This document shows, one piece after another, positions 1-13,100 of a DNA stretch of 64,000 nucleotides. This DNA comes from Eledone cirrhosa (lineage: Eukaryota), in assembly GCA_964016885.1 (NCBI GenBank), contig OZ024742.1, forward strand, positions 378,014,001-378,078,000, in the 5' to 3' direction. The notes below the pieces were generated by a model. That model was given only the letters and a program-made list of their open reading frames with translations, was not told the origin of the DNA and ran no database searches. How positions within the stretch are numbered: the first letter of the stretch is position 1; every line of letters starts with the position of its first letter. Position numbers and translations under genes: made by a program.

Positions 1-172
1 TGTAGAGTTAGTTTAACAAGTGACAGAAGTAGAAATATGTTCTGGTCTTCTGTAGAGATAGTTTCACATGTGACAGAAGTAGAAATATGTTCTAGTCTTC
101 TGTAGAGATAGTTTAACACGTGACAGGAGTGGCAATATGTTCTAGTTTTCTGTAGAGATAGTTTAACAAGTG

Positions 173-203
173 ACAGAAGTAGAAATATGTTCTAGTCTTC
201 TGT
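173..203. repeat. Imperfect inverted repeat (dyad) present in every monomer; representative copy
   Basis: ACAGAAG-TAGAA-(ATATG)-TTCTA-[GT]-CTTCTGT. ACAGAAG/CTTCTGT and TAGAA/TTCTA are exact reverse complements, giving 12 bp of stem with a 2-nt bulge and a 5-nt loop. Confidence 0.93.
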
Positions 204-300
204 AGAGATAGTTTAACAAGTGACAGAAGTAGAAATATGTTCTTGTCTTCTGTAGAGGTAGTTTAACGAGTGACAGAAGTAGAAATATGTTCTAGACTTC

Positions 301-357
301 TGTAGAGTTAGTTTAACAAGGGACAGAAGTAGAAATATGTTCTATGTTCTAGTCTTC
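301..357. repeat. 57-bp monomer variant with internal 7-bp tandem duplication; first example
   Basis: AAATATGTTCTATGTTCTAGTC replaces AAATATGTTCTAGTC. The same insertion recurs near 851, 1957, 3766, 4121, 9451 and onward to about 63655. Confidence 0.97.
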
Positions 358-943
358 TGTAGAGATAGTTTAACAAGGGACAGAAGTAGAAATATGTTCT
401 AGTCTTATGTAGAGATAGTTGAACACGTGACAGGAGTAGAAATATGTTCTAGTCTTCTGTAGAGATAGTTTAACAAGTGACAGAAGTAGAAATATGTTCT
501 AGTCTTCTGTAGAGATAGTTTAACAAGTGACAGAAGTAGAAATATGTTCTAGTCTTCTGTAGAGATAGTTTAACAAGTGACAGAAGTAGAAATATGTTCT
601 AGTCTTCTGTAGAGATAGTTTCACATGTGACAGAAGTAGAAATATGTTCTAGTCTTCTGTAGAGATAGTTCAACACGTGACAAGAGTAGAATTATGTTCT
701 AGTCTTCTGTAGAGATAGTTTAACAAGTGAGAGAAGTAGAAATATGTTCTTGTCTTCTGTAGAGGTAGTTTAACGAGTGACAGAAGTAGAAATATGTTCT
801 AGTCCTCTGTAGAGATAGTTTAACAAGCGACAGAAGTAGAAATATGTTCTATGTTCTAGTCTTCTGTAGAGATAGTTTAACAAGTGACAGAAGTAGAAAT
901 ATGTTCTAGTCTTCTGTAGAGATAGTTTAACAAGTGACAGAAG

Positions 944-3900
944 TAGAAATATGTTCTAGTCTTCTGTAGAGATAGTTTAACAAGTGACAGAAGTAGAAAT
1001 ATGTTCTACTCTTCTGTAGAGGTAGTTTAACAAGTGACAGAAGTAGAAATATGTTCTAGTCTTCTGTAGAGATAGTTTAACATGTGACAGAAGTAGATAT
1101 ATGTTCTAGTCTTCTGTAGAGATAGTTTAACATGTGACAGAAGTAGAAATATGTTCTTGTCTTCTGTAGAGGTAGTTTAACAAGTGACAGAAGTAGAAAT
1201 ATGTTCTAGTCTTCTGTAGAGATAGTTTAACAAGGGACAGAATTAGAAATATGTTCTAGTCTTCTGTAGAGATAGTTTAACATGTTACAGAAGTAGAAAT
1301 ATGTTGTAGTCTTCTGTAGAGATAGTTTAACAAGTGACAGAAGTAGAAATATGTTCTAGTCTTCTGTAGAGATAGTTTAAAATGTGACAGAAGTAGAAAT
1401 ATGTTCTTGTCTTCTGTAGAGGTAGTTTAACGAGTGACAGAAGTAGAAATATATTCTAGTCTTCTGTAGAGATAGTTTAACAAGCGACAGAAGTAGAAAT
1501 ATGTTCTAGTCTTCTGTAGAGATAGTTTTAAAAGGAACAGAAGTAGAAATATGTTCTAGTCTTCTGTAGAGATAGTTTAACAAGTGACAGAAGTAGAAAT
1601 ATGTTCTAGTCTTCTGTAGAGATAGTTTAACAAGGGACAGAATTAGAAATATGTTCTAGTCTTCTGTAGAGATAGTTTAACAAGTGACAGAAGTAGAAAT
1701 ATGCCATAGTCTTCTGTGGAGATAGTTTAACAAGTGACAGAAGTAGAAATATGTTCTTGTCTTCTGTAGAGGTAGTTTAACGAGTGACAGAAGTAGAAAT
1801 ATGTTCTAGTCTTCAGTAGAGATAGTTTAACAAGCGACAGAAGTAGAAATATGTTCTTGTCTTCTGTAGAGGTAGTTTAACGAGTGACAGAAGTAGAAAT
1901 ATGTTCTAGTCCTCTGTAGAGATAGTTTAACAAGCGACAGAAGTAGAAATATGTTCTATGTTCTAGTCTTCTGTAGAGATAGTTTAACAAGTGACAGAAG
2001 TAGAAATATGTTCTAGTCTTCTGTAGAGATAGTTTAACAAGTGACAGAAGTAGAAATATGTTCTAGTCTTCTGTAGAGATAGTTTAACAAGTGACAGAAG
2101 TAGAAATATGTTCTACTCTTCTGTAGAGGTAGTTTAACAAGTGACAGAAGTAGAAATATGTTCTAGTCTTCTGTAGAGATAGTTTAACATGTGACAGAAG
2201 TAGAAATATGTTCTTGTCTTCTGTAGAGGTAGTTTAACGAGTGACAGAAGTAGAAATATATTCTAGTCTTCTGTAGAGATAGTTTAACACGTGACAGGAG
2301 TAGAAATATGTTCTAGTCTTCTGTAGAGATAGTTTAACAAGTGACAGAAGTAGAAACATGTCCTAGTCATCTGTGGAGGTAGTTTAACAAGTGACAGAAG
2401 TAGAAATATGTTCTTGTCTTCTGTAGAGGTAGTTTAACGAGTGACAGAAGTAGAAATATGTTCTAGTCTTCTGTAGAGATAGTTTAACAAGGGACAGAAT
2501 TAGAAATATGTTCTAGTCTTCTGTAGAGATAGTTTAACATGTTACAGAAGTAGAAATATGTTGTAGTCTTCTGTAGAGATAGTTTAACAAGTGACAGATG
2601 TAGAAATATGTTCTAGTCTTCTGTAGAGATAGTTTAACATGTGACAGGAGTAGAAATATGTTCTAGTCTTCTGTAGAGATAGTTTAACATGTGACAGAAG
2701 TAGAAATATGTTCTTGTCTTCTGTAGAGGTAGTTTAACGAGTGACAGAAGTAGAAATATATTCTAGTCTTCTGTAGAGATAGTTTAACAAGCGACAGAAG
2801 TAGAAATATGTTCTAGTCTTCTGTAGAGATAGTTTAACATGTTACAGAAGTAGAAATATGTTGTAGTCTTCTGTAGAGATAGTTTAACAAGTGACAGTTG
2901 TAGAAATATGTTCTAGTCTTCTGTAGAGATAGTTTAACATGTGACAGAAGTAGAAATATGTTCTAGTCTTCTGTAGAGATAGTTTAACATGTGACAGAAG
3001 TAGAAATATGTTCTTGTCTTCTGTAGAGGTAGTTTAACGAGTGACAGAAGTAGAAATATATTCTAGTCCTCTGTAGAGATAGTTTAACAAGCAACAGAAG
3101 TAGAAATATGTTCTAGTCTTCTGTAGAGATAGTTTTAAAAGGAACAGAAGTAGAAATATGTTCTAGTCTTCTGTAGAGATAGTTTAACAAGTGATAGAAG
3201 TAGAAATATGTTCTAGTCTTCTGTAGAGATAGTTTAACAAGTGACAGAAGTAGAAATATGTTCTAGTCTTCTGTAGAGATAGTTTAACAAGGGACAGAAT
3301 TAGAAATATGTTCTAGTCTTCTGTAGAGATAGTTTAACAAGTGACAGAAGTAGAAATATGTTGTAGTCTTCTGTAGAGATAGTTTAACAAGTGACAGAAG
3401 TAGAAATATGCCATAGTCTTCTGTGGAGATAGTTTAACAAGTGACAGATGTAGAAATATGTTCTTGTCTTCTGTAGAGGTAGTTTAACGAGTGACAGAAG
3501 TAGAAATATGTTCTAGTCTTCAGTAGAGATAGTTTAACAAGCGACAGAAGTAGAAATATGTTCTAGTCTTCTGTAGAGATAGTTTAACAAGTGACAGATT
3601 TAGAAATATTTTCTAGTCTTCTGTAGAGATAGTTTAAAAAGGGACAGAAGTAGAAATATGTTCTAGTCTTCTGTAGAGATAGTTTAACAAGTAGCAGAAG
3701 TAAAAATATGTTCTAGTCTTCTGTAGAGATAGTTTAACAAGCGACAGAAGTAGAAATATGTTCTATGTTCTAGTCTTCTGTAGAGATAGTTTAACAAGTG
3801 ACAGAAGTAGAAATATGTTCTAGTCTTCTGTAGAGATAGTTTAACAAGTGACAGTAGTAGAAATATGTTCTAGTCTTCTGTAGAGATAGTTTAACAAGGG

Positions 3901-6900
3901 ACAGAAGTAGAAATATGTTCTAGTCTTCTGTAGAGATAGTTTAACATGTGCCAGAAGTAGAAATATGTTCTAGTCTTCTGTAGAGATAGTTTAACAAGTG
4001 ACAGAAGTAGAAATATGTTCTAGTCTTCTGTAGAGATAGTTTAACACGTGACAGGAGTAGAAATATGTTCTAGTCTTCTGTAGAGGTAGTTTAACAAGTG
4101 ACACTAGTAGAAATATGTTCTATGTTCTAGTCTTCTGTCGAGATAGTTTAACAAGTGACAGAAGTAGAAATATGTTCTAGTCTTCTGTAGAGATAGTTTA
4201 ACAAGTGACAGAAGTAGAAATATGTTCTACTCTTCTGTAGAGGTAGTTTAACAAGTGACAGAAGTAGAAATATGTTCTAGTCTTCTGTAGAGATAGTTTA
4301 ACATGTGCCAGAAGTAGAAATATGTTCTAGTCTTCTGTAGAGATAGTTTAACAAGTGACAGAAGTAGAAATATGTTCTAGTCTTCTGTAGAGATAGTTTA
4401 ACATGTGACAGAAGTAGAAATATATTCTAGTCTTCTGTAGAGATAGTTTAACACGTGACAGGAGTAGAAATATGTTCTAGTCTTCTGTAGAGATAGTTTA
4501 ACAAGTGACAGAAGTAGAAATATGTTCTAGTCTTCTGTAGAGATAGTTTAACATGTGACAGAAGTAGAAATATGTTCTAGTCTTCTGTAGAGATAGTTTA
4601 ACATGTGACAGAAGTAGAAATATGTTCTTGTCTTCTGTAGAGGTAGTTTAACGAGGGACAGAAGTAGAAATATATTCTAGTCTTCTGTAGAGATAGTTTA
4701 ACACGTGACAGGAGTAGAAATATGTTCTAGTCTTCTGTAGAGATAGTTTAACAAGTGACAGAAGTAGAAACATGTCCTAGTCTTCTGTGGATGTAGTTTA
4801 ACAAGTGACAGAAGTAGAAATATGTTCTTGTCTTCTGTAGAGGTAGTTTAACGAGTGACAGAAGTAGAAATATGTTCTAGTCTTCTGTAGAGATAGTTTA
4901 ACAAGTGACAGAAGTAGAAATATGTTCTAGTCTTCTATAGAGATAGTATAACAAGGGACAGAATTAGAAATATGTTCTAGTCTTCTGTAGAGATAGTTTA
5001 ACAAGTGACAGAAGTAGAAATATGTTCTACTCTTCTGTAGAGGTAGTTTAACAAGTGACAGAAGTAGAAATATGTTCTAGTCTTCTGTAGAGATAGTTTA
5101 ACATGTGACAGAAGTAGATATATGTTCTAGTCTTCTGTAGAGATAGTTTAACATGTGACAGAAGTAGAAATATGTTCTTGTCTTCTGTAGAGGTAGTTTA
5201 ACAAGTGACAGAAGTAGAAATATGTTCTAGTCTTCTGTAGAGATAGTTTAACAAGGGACAGAATTAGAAATATGTTCTAGTCTTCTGTAGAGATAGTTTA
5301 ACATGTTACAGAAGTAGAAATATGTTGTAGTCTTCTGTAGAGATAGTTTAACAAGTGACAGAAGTAGAAATATGTTCTAGTCTTCTGTAGAGATAGTTTA
5401 AAATGTGACAGAAGTAGAAATATGTTCTTGTCTTCTGTAGAGGTAGTTTAACGAGTGACAGAAGTAGAAATATATTCTAGTCTTCTGTAGAGATAGTTTA
5501 ACAAGCGACAGAAGTAGAAATATGTTCTAGTCTTCTGTAGAGATAGTTTTAAAAGGAACAGAAGTAGAAATATGTTCTAGTCTTCTGTAGAGATAGTTTA
5601 ACAAGTGACAGAAGTAGAAATATGTTCTAGTCTTCTGTAGAGATAGTTTAACAAGGGACAGAATTAGAAATATGTTCTAGTCTTCTGTAGAGATAGTTTA
5701 ACAAGTGACAGAAGTAGAAATATGCCATAGTCTTCTGTGGAGATAGTTTAACAAGTGACAGAAGTAGAAATATGTTCTTGTCTTCTGTAGAGGTAGTTTA
5801 ACGAGTGACAGAAGTAGAAATATGTTCTAGTCTTCAGTAGAGATAGTTTAACAAGCGACAGAAGTAGAAATATGTTCTTGTCTTCTGTAGAGGTAGTTTA
5901 ACGAGTGACAGAAGTAGAAATATGTTCTAGTCCTCTGTAGAGATAGTTTAACAAGCGACAGAAGTAGAAATATGTTCTATGTTCTAGTCTTCTGTAGAGA
6001 TAGTTTAACAAGTGACAGAAGTAGAAATATGTTCTAGTCTTCTGTAGAGATAGTTTAACAAGTGACAGAAGTAGAAATATGTTCTAGTCTTCTGTAGAGA
6101 TAGTTTAACAAGTGACAGAAGTAGAAATATGTTCTACTCTTCTGTAGAGGTAGTTTAACAAGTGACAGAAGTAGAAATATGTTCTAGTCTTCTGTAGAGA
6201 TAGTTTAACATGTGACAGAAGTAGAAATATGTTCTTGTCTTCTGTAGAGGTAGTTTAACGAGTGGCAGAAGTAGAAATATATTCTAGTCTTCTGTAGAGA
6301 TAGTTTAACACGTGACAGGAGTAGAAATATGTTCTAGTCTTCTGTAGAGATAGTTTAACAAGTGACAGAAGTAGAAACATGTCCTAGTCATCTGTGGAGG
6401 TAGTTTAACAAGTGACAGAAGTAGAAATATGTTCTTGTCTTCTGTAGAGGTAGTTTAACGAGTGACAGAAGTAGAAATATGTTCTAGTCTTCTGTAGAGA
6501 TAGTTTAACAAGGGACAGAATTAGAAATATGTTCTAGTCTTCTGTAGAGATAGTTTAACATGTTACAGAAGTAGAAATATGTTGTAGTCTTCTGTAGAGA
6601 TAGTTTAACAAGTGACAGATGTAGAAATATGTTCTAGTCTTCTGTAGAGATAGTTTAACATGTGACAGGAGTAGAAATATGTTCTAGTCTTCTGTAGAGA
6701 TAGTTTAACATGTGACAGAAGTAGAAATATGTTCTTGTCTTCTGTAGAGGTAGTTTAACGAGTGACAGAAGTAGAAATATATTCTAGTCTTCTGTAGAGA
6801 TAGTTTAACAAGCGACAGAAGTAGAAATATGTTCTAGTCTTCTGTAGAGATAGTTTAACATGTTACAGAAGTAGAAATATGTTGTAGTCTTCTGTAGAGA

Positions 6901-9047
6901 TAGTTTAACAAGTGACAGTTGTAGAAATATGTTCTAGTCTTCTGTAGAGATAGTTTAACATGTGACAGAAGTAGAAATATGTTCTAGTCTTCTGTAGAGA
7001 TAGTTTAACATGTGACAGAAGTAGAAATATGTTCTTGTCTTCTGTAGAGGTAGTTTAACGAGTGACAGAAGTAGAAATATATTCTAGTCCTCTGTAGAGA
7101 TAGTTTAACAAGCAACAGAAGTAGAAATATGTTCTAGTCTTCTGTAGAGATAGTTTTAAAAGGAACAGAAGTAGAAATATGTTCTAGTCTTCTGTAGAGA
7201 TAGTTTAACAAGTGATAGAAGTAGAAATATGTTCTAGTCTTCTGTAGAGATAGTTTAACAAGTGACAGAAGTAGAAATATGTTCTAGTCTTCTGTAGAGA
7301 TAGTTTAACAAGGGACAGAATTAGAAATATGTTCTAGTCTTCTGTAGAGATAGTTTAACAAGTGACAGAAGTAGAAATATGTTGTAGTCTTCTGTAGAGA
7401 TAGTTTAACAAGTGACAGAAGTAGAAATATGCCATAGTCTTCTGTGGAGATAGTTTAACAAGTGACAGATGTAGAAATATGTTCTTGTCTTCTGTAGAGG
7501 TAGTTTAACGAGTGACAGAAGTAGAAATATGTTCTAGTCTTCAGTAGAGATAGTTTAACAAGCGACAGAAGTAGAAATATGTTCTAGTCTTCTGTAGAGA
7601 TAGTTTAACAAGTGACAGATTTAGAAATATTTTCTAGTCTTCTGTAGAGATAGTTTAAAAAGGGACAGAAGTAGAAATATGTTCTAGTCTTCTGTAGAGA
7701 TAGTTTAACAAGTAGCAGAAGTAAAAATATGTTCTAGTCTTCTGTAGAGATAGTTTAACAAGCGACAGAAGTAGAAATATGTTCTATGTTCTAGTCTTCT
7801 GTAGAGATAGTTTAACAAGTGACAGAAGTAGAAATATGTTCTAGTCTTCTGTAGAGATAGTTTAACAAGTGACAGTAGTAGAAATATGTTCTAGTCTTCT
7901 GTAGAGATAGTTTAACAAGGGACAGAAGTAGAAATATGTTCTAGTCTTCTGTAGAGATAGTTTAACATGTGCCAGAAGTAGAAATATGTTCTAGTCTTCT
8001 GTAGAGATAGTTTAACAAGTGACAGAAGTAGAAATATGTTCTAGTCTTCTGTAGAGATAGTTTAACACGTGACAGGAGTAGAAATATGTTCTAGTCTTCT
8101 GTAGAGGTAGTTTAACAAGTGACACTAGTAGAAATATGTTCTATGTTCTAGTCTTCTGTCGAGATAGTTTAACAAGTGACAGAAGTAGAAATATGTTCTA
8201 GTCTTCTGTAGAGATAGTTTAACAAGTGACAGAAGTAGAAATATGTTCTACTCTTCTGTAGAGGTAGTTTAACAAGTGACAGAAGTAGAAATATGTTCTA
8301 GTCTTCTGTAGAGATAGTTTAACATGTGCCAGAAGTAGAAATATGTTCTAGTCTTCTGTAGAGATAGTTTAACAAGTGACAGAAGTAGAAATATGTTCTA
8401 GTCTTCTGTAGAGATAGTTTAACATGTGACAGAAGTAGAAATATATTCTAGTCTTCTGTAGAGATAGTTTAACACGTGACAGGAGTAGAAATATGTTCTA
8501 GTCTTCTGTAGAGATAGTTTAACAAGTGACAGAAGTAGAAATATGTTCTAGTCTTCTGTAGAGATAGTTTAACATGTGACAGAAGTAGAAATATGTTCTA
8601 GTCTTCTGTAGAGATAGTTTAACATGTGACAGAAGTAGAAATATGTTCTTGTCTTCTGTAGAGGTAGTTTAACGAGGGACAGAAGTAGAAATATATTCTA
8701 GTCTTCTGTAGAGATAGTTTAACACGTGACAGGAGTAGAAATATGTTCTAGTCTTCTGTAGAGATAGTTTAACAAGTGACAGAAGTAGAAACATGTCCTA
8801 GTCTTCTGTGGATGTAGTTTAACAAGTGACAGAAGTAGAAATATGTTCTTGTCTTCTGTAGAGGTAGTTTAACGAGTGACAGAAGTAGAAATATGTTCTA
8901 GTCTTCTGTAGAGATAGTTTAACAAGTGACAGAAGTAGAAATATGTTCTAGTCTTCTATAGAGATAGTATAACAAGGGACAGAATTAGAAATATGTTCTA
9001 GTCTTCTGTAGAGATAGTTTAACAAGTGACAGAAGTAGAAATATGTT
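944..9047. repeat. Higher-order tandem duplication, period 4021 bp (80 monomers including 3 57-mers), 2 copies
   Basis: Rare markers recur at an offset of exactly 4021: AAGTAGATAT at 1091/5112 and the ATGTAG of GGATGTAG at 4791/8812. I noticed one SNP between copies (2244 A vs 6265 G). Confidence 0.92.
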
Positions 9048-10149
9048 GTAGTCTTCTGTAGAGATAGTTTAACAAGTGACAGATGTAGAAATATGTTCTA
9101 GTCTTCTGTAGAGATAGTTTAACATGTGACAGAAGTAGAAATATGTTCTAGTCTTCTGTAGAGATAGTTTAACATGTGACAGAAGTAGAAATATGTTCTT
9201 GTCTTCTGTAGAGGTAGTTTAACGAGTGACAGAAGTAGAAATATATTCCAGTCTTCTGTAGAGATAGTGTAACAAGCGACAGAAGTAGAAATATGTTCTA
9301 GTCTTCTGTAGAGATAGTTTTAAAAGGAACAGAAGTAGAAATATGTTCTAGTCTTCTGTAGAGATAGTTTAACAAGTGACAGAAGTAGAAATATGTTCTA
9401 GTCTTCTGTAGAGATAGTTTAACAACCGACAGAAGTAGAAATATGTTCTATGTTCTAGTCTTCTGTAGAGTTAGTTTAACAAGTGACACAAGTAGAAATA
9501 TGTTCTAGTCTTCTGTAGAGATAGTTTAACGAGTGACAGGAGTAGAATTATGTTCTAGTCTTCTGTAGAGTTAGTTTAACAAGTGACAGAAGTAGGATTA
9601 TGTTCTAGTCTTCTGTAGAGTTAGTATAACATGTGACAGAAGTAGAAATATGTTCTAGTCTTCTGTAGAGATAGTTTCACATGTGACAGAAGTAAAAATA
9701 TGTTCTAGTCTTCTGTAGAGATAGTTTAACATGTGACAGAAGTAGAAATATGTTCTTGTCTTCTGTAGAGGTAGTTTAACGAGTGACAGAAGTAGAAATA
9801 TATTCTAGTCTTCTGTAGAGATAGTTTAACAAGCGACAGAAGTAGAAATATGTTCTAGTCTTCTGTAGAGATAGTTTAACAAGTGACAGAAGTAGAAATA
9901 TGTTCTAGTCTTCTGTAGAGATAGTTTAACAAGTGACAGATGTAGAAATATGTTCTAGTCTTCTGTAGAGATAGTTTAACAAGGGACAGAATTAGAAATA
10001 TGTTCTAGTCTTCTGTAGAGATAGTTTAACAAGTGACAGAAGTAGAAATATGCCATTGTCTTCTGTGGAGATAGTTTAACAAGTGACAGAAGTAGAAATA
10101 TGTTCTTGTCTTCTGTAGAGGTAGTTTAACAAGTGACAGAAGTAGAAAT

Positions 10150-13100
10150 ATGTTCTAGTCTTCTGTAGAGATAGTTTAACAAGGGACAGAATTAGAAATA
10201 TGTTCTAGTCTTCTGTAGAGATAGTTTAACAAGTGACAGAAGTAGAAATATGTTGTAGTCTTCTGTAGAGATAGTTTAACAAGTGACAGAAGTAGAAATA
10301 TGCCATAGTCTTCTGTGGAGATAGTTTAACAAGTGACAGATGTAGAAATATGTTCTTGTCTTCTGTAGAGGTAGTTTAACGAGTGACAGAAGTAGAAATA
10401 TGTTCTAGTCTTCAGTAGAGATAGTTTAACAAGCGACAGAAGTAGAAATATGTTCTAGTCTTCTGTAGAGATAGTTTAACAAGTGACAGATTTAGAAATA
10501 TGTTCTAGTCTTCTGTAGAGATAGTTTAAAAAGGGACAGAAGTAGAAATATGTTCTAGTCTTCTGTAGAGATAGTTTAACAAGTAGCAGAAGTAAAAATA
10601 TGTTCTAGTCTTCTGTAGAGATAGTTTAACAAGCGACAGAAGTAGAAATATGTTCTATGTTCTAGTCTTCTGTAGAGATAGTTTAACAAGTGACAGAAGT
10701 AGAAATATGTTCTAGTCTTCTGTAGAGATAGTTTAACAAGTGACAGTAGTAGAAATATGTTCTAGTCTTCTGTAGAGATAGTTTAACAAGGGACAGAAGT
10801 AGAAATATGTTCTAGTCTTCTGTAGAGATAGTTTAACATGTGCCAGAAGTAGAAATATGTTCTAGTCTTCTGTAGAGATAGTTTAACAAGTGACAGAAGT
10901 AGAAATATGTTCTAGTCTTCTGTAGAGATAGTTTAACACGTGACAGGAGTAGAAATATGTTCTAGTCTTCTGTAGAGGTAGTTTAACAAGTGACACAAGT
11001 AGAAATATGTTCTATGTTCTAGTCTTCTGTCGAGATAGTTTAACAAGTGACAGAAGTAGAAATATGTTCTAGTCTTCTGTAGAGATAGTTTAACAAGTGA
11101 CAGAACTAGAAATATGTTCTACTCTTCTGTAGAGGTAGTTTAACAAGTGACAGAAGTAGAAATATGTTCTCGTCTTCTGTAGAGATAGTTTAACATGTGC
11201 CAGAAGTAGAAATATGTTCTAGTCTTCTGTAGAGATAGTTTAACAAGTGACAGAAGTAGAAATATGTTCTAGTCTTCTGTAGAGATAGTTTAACATGTGA
11301 CAGAAGTAGAAATATATTCTAGTCTTCTGTAGAGATAGTTTAACACGTGACAGGAGTAGAAATATGTTCTAGTCTTCTGTAGAGATAGTTTAACAAGTGA
11401 CAGAAGTAGAAATATGTTCTAGTCTTCTGTAGAGATAGTTTAACATGTGACAGAAGTAGAAATATGTTCTAGTCTTCTGTAGAGATAGTTTAACATGTGA
11501 CAGAAGTAGAAATATGTTCTTGTCTTCTGTAGAGGTAGTTTAACGAGGGAAAGAAGTAGAAATATATTCTAGTCTTCTGTAGAGATAGTTTAACACGTGA
11601 CAGGAGTAGAAATATGTTCTAGTCTTCTGTAGAGATAGTTTAACAAGTGACAGAAGTAGAAACATGTCCTAGTCTTCTGTGGAGGTAGTTTAACAAGTGA
11701 CAGAAGTAGAAATATGTTCTTGTCTTCTGTAGAGGTAGTTTAACGAGTGACAGAAGTAGAAATATGTTCTAGTCTTCTGTAGAGATAGTTTAACAAGTGA
11801 CAGAAGTAGAAATATGTTCTAGTCTTCTGTAGAGATAGTTTAACATGTGACAGAATTAGAAATATGTTCTTGTCTTCTGTAGAGGTAGTTTAACGAGTGA
11901 CAGAAGTAGAAATATATTCCAGTCTTCTGTAGAGATAGTGTAACAAGCGACAGAAGTAGAAATATGTTCTAGTCTTCTGTAGAGATAGTTTTAAAAGGAA
12001 CAGAAGTAGAAATATGTTCTAGTCTTCTGTAGAGATAGTTTAACAAGTGACAGAAGTAGAAATATGTTCTAATCTTCTGTAGAGATAGTTTAACAACCGA
12101 CAGAAGTAGAAATATGTTCTATGTTCTAGTCTTCTGTAGAGTTAGTTTAACAAGTGACACAAGTAGAAATATGTTCTAGTCTTCTGTAGAGATAGTTTAA
12201 CGAGTGACAGGAGTAGAATTATGTTCTAGTCTTCTGTAGAGTTAGTTTAACAAGTGACAGAAGTAGGATTATGTTCTAGTCTTCTGTAGAGTTAGTATAA
12301 CATGTGACAGAAGTAGAAATATGTTCTAGTCTTCTGTAGAGATAGTTTAACAAGGGACAGAATTAGAAATATGTTCTAGTCTTCTGTAGAGATAGTTTAA
12401 CAAGTGACAGAAGTAGAAATATGTTGTAGTCTTCTGTAGAGATAGTTTAACAAGTGACAGAAGTAGAAATATGCCATAGTCTTCTGTGGAGATAGTTTAA
12501 CAAGTGACAGATGTAGAAATATGTTCTTGTCTTCTGTAGAGGTAGTTTAACGAGTGACAGAAGTAGAAATATGTTCTAGTCTTCAGTAGAGATAGTTTAA
12601 CAAGCGACAGAAGTAGAAATATGTTCTAGTCTTCTGTAGAGATAGTTTAACAAGTGACAGATTTAGAAATATGTTCTAGTCTTCTGTAGAGATAGTTTAA
12701 AAAGGGACAGAAGTAGAAATATGTTCTAGTCTTCTGTAGAGATAGTTTAACAAGTAGCAGAAGTAAAAATATGTTCTAGTCTTCTGTAGAGATAGTTTAA
12801 CAAGCGACAGAAGTAGAAATATGTTCTATGTTCTAGTCTTCTGTAGAGATAGTTTAACAAGTGACAGAAGTAGAAATATGTTCTAGTCTTCTGTAGAGAT
12901 AGTTTAACAAGTGACAGTAGTAGAAATATGTTCTAGTCTTCTGTAGAGATAGTTTAACAAGGGACAGAAGTAGAAATATGTTCTAGTCTTCTGTAGAGAT
13001 AGTTTAACATGTGCCAGAAGTAGAAATATGTTCTAGTCTTCTGTAGAGATAGTTTAACAAGTGACAGAAGTAGAAATATGTTCTAGTCTTCTGTAGAGAT

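Noticed and set aside
176-200. Heat-shock element (GAA...TTC motifs)
   Set aside because: The spacing is GAA-N5-TTC and GAA-N3-GAA, not the canonical contiguous inverted nGAAn pentamers (GAA-N2-TTC).
173-210. Rho-independent terminator or Helitron 3' hairpin plus CTAG
   Set aside because: The stem is AT-rich with no adjacent U-tract, CTAG lies inside the stem rather than downstream of it, and there is no gene or transposon context.
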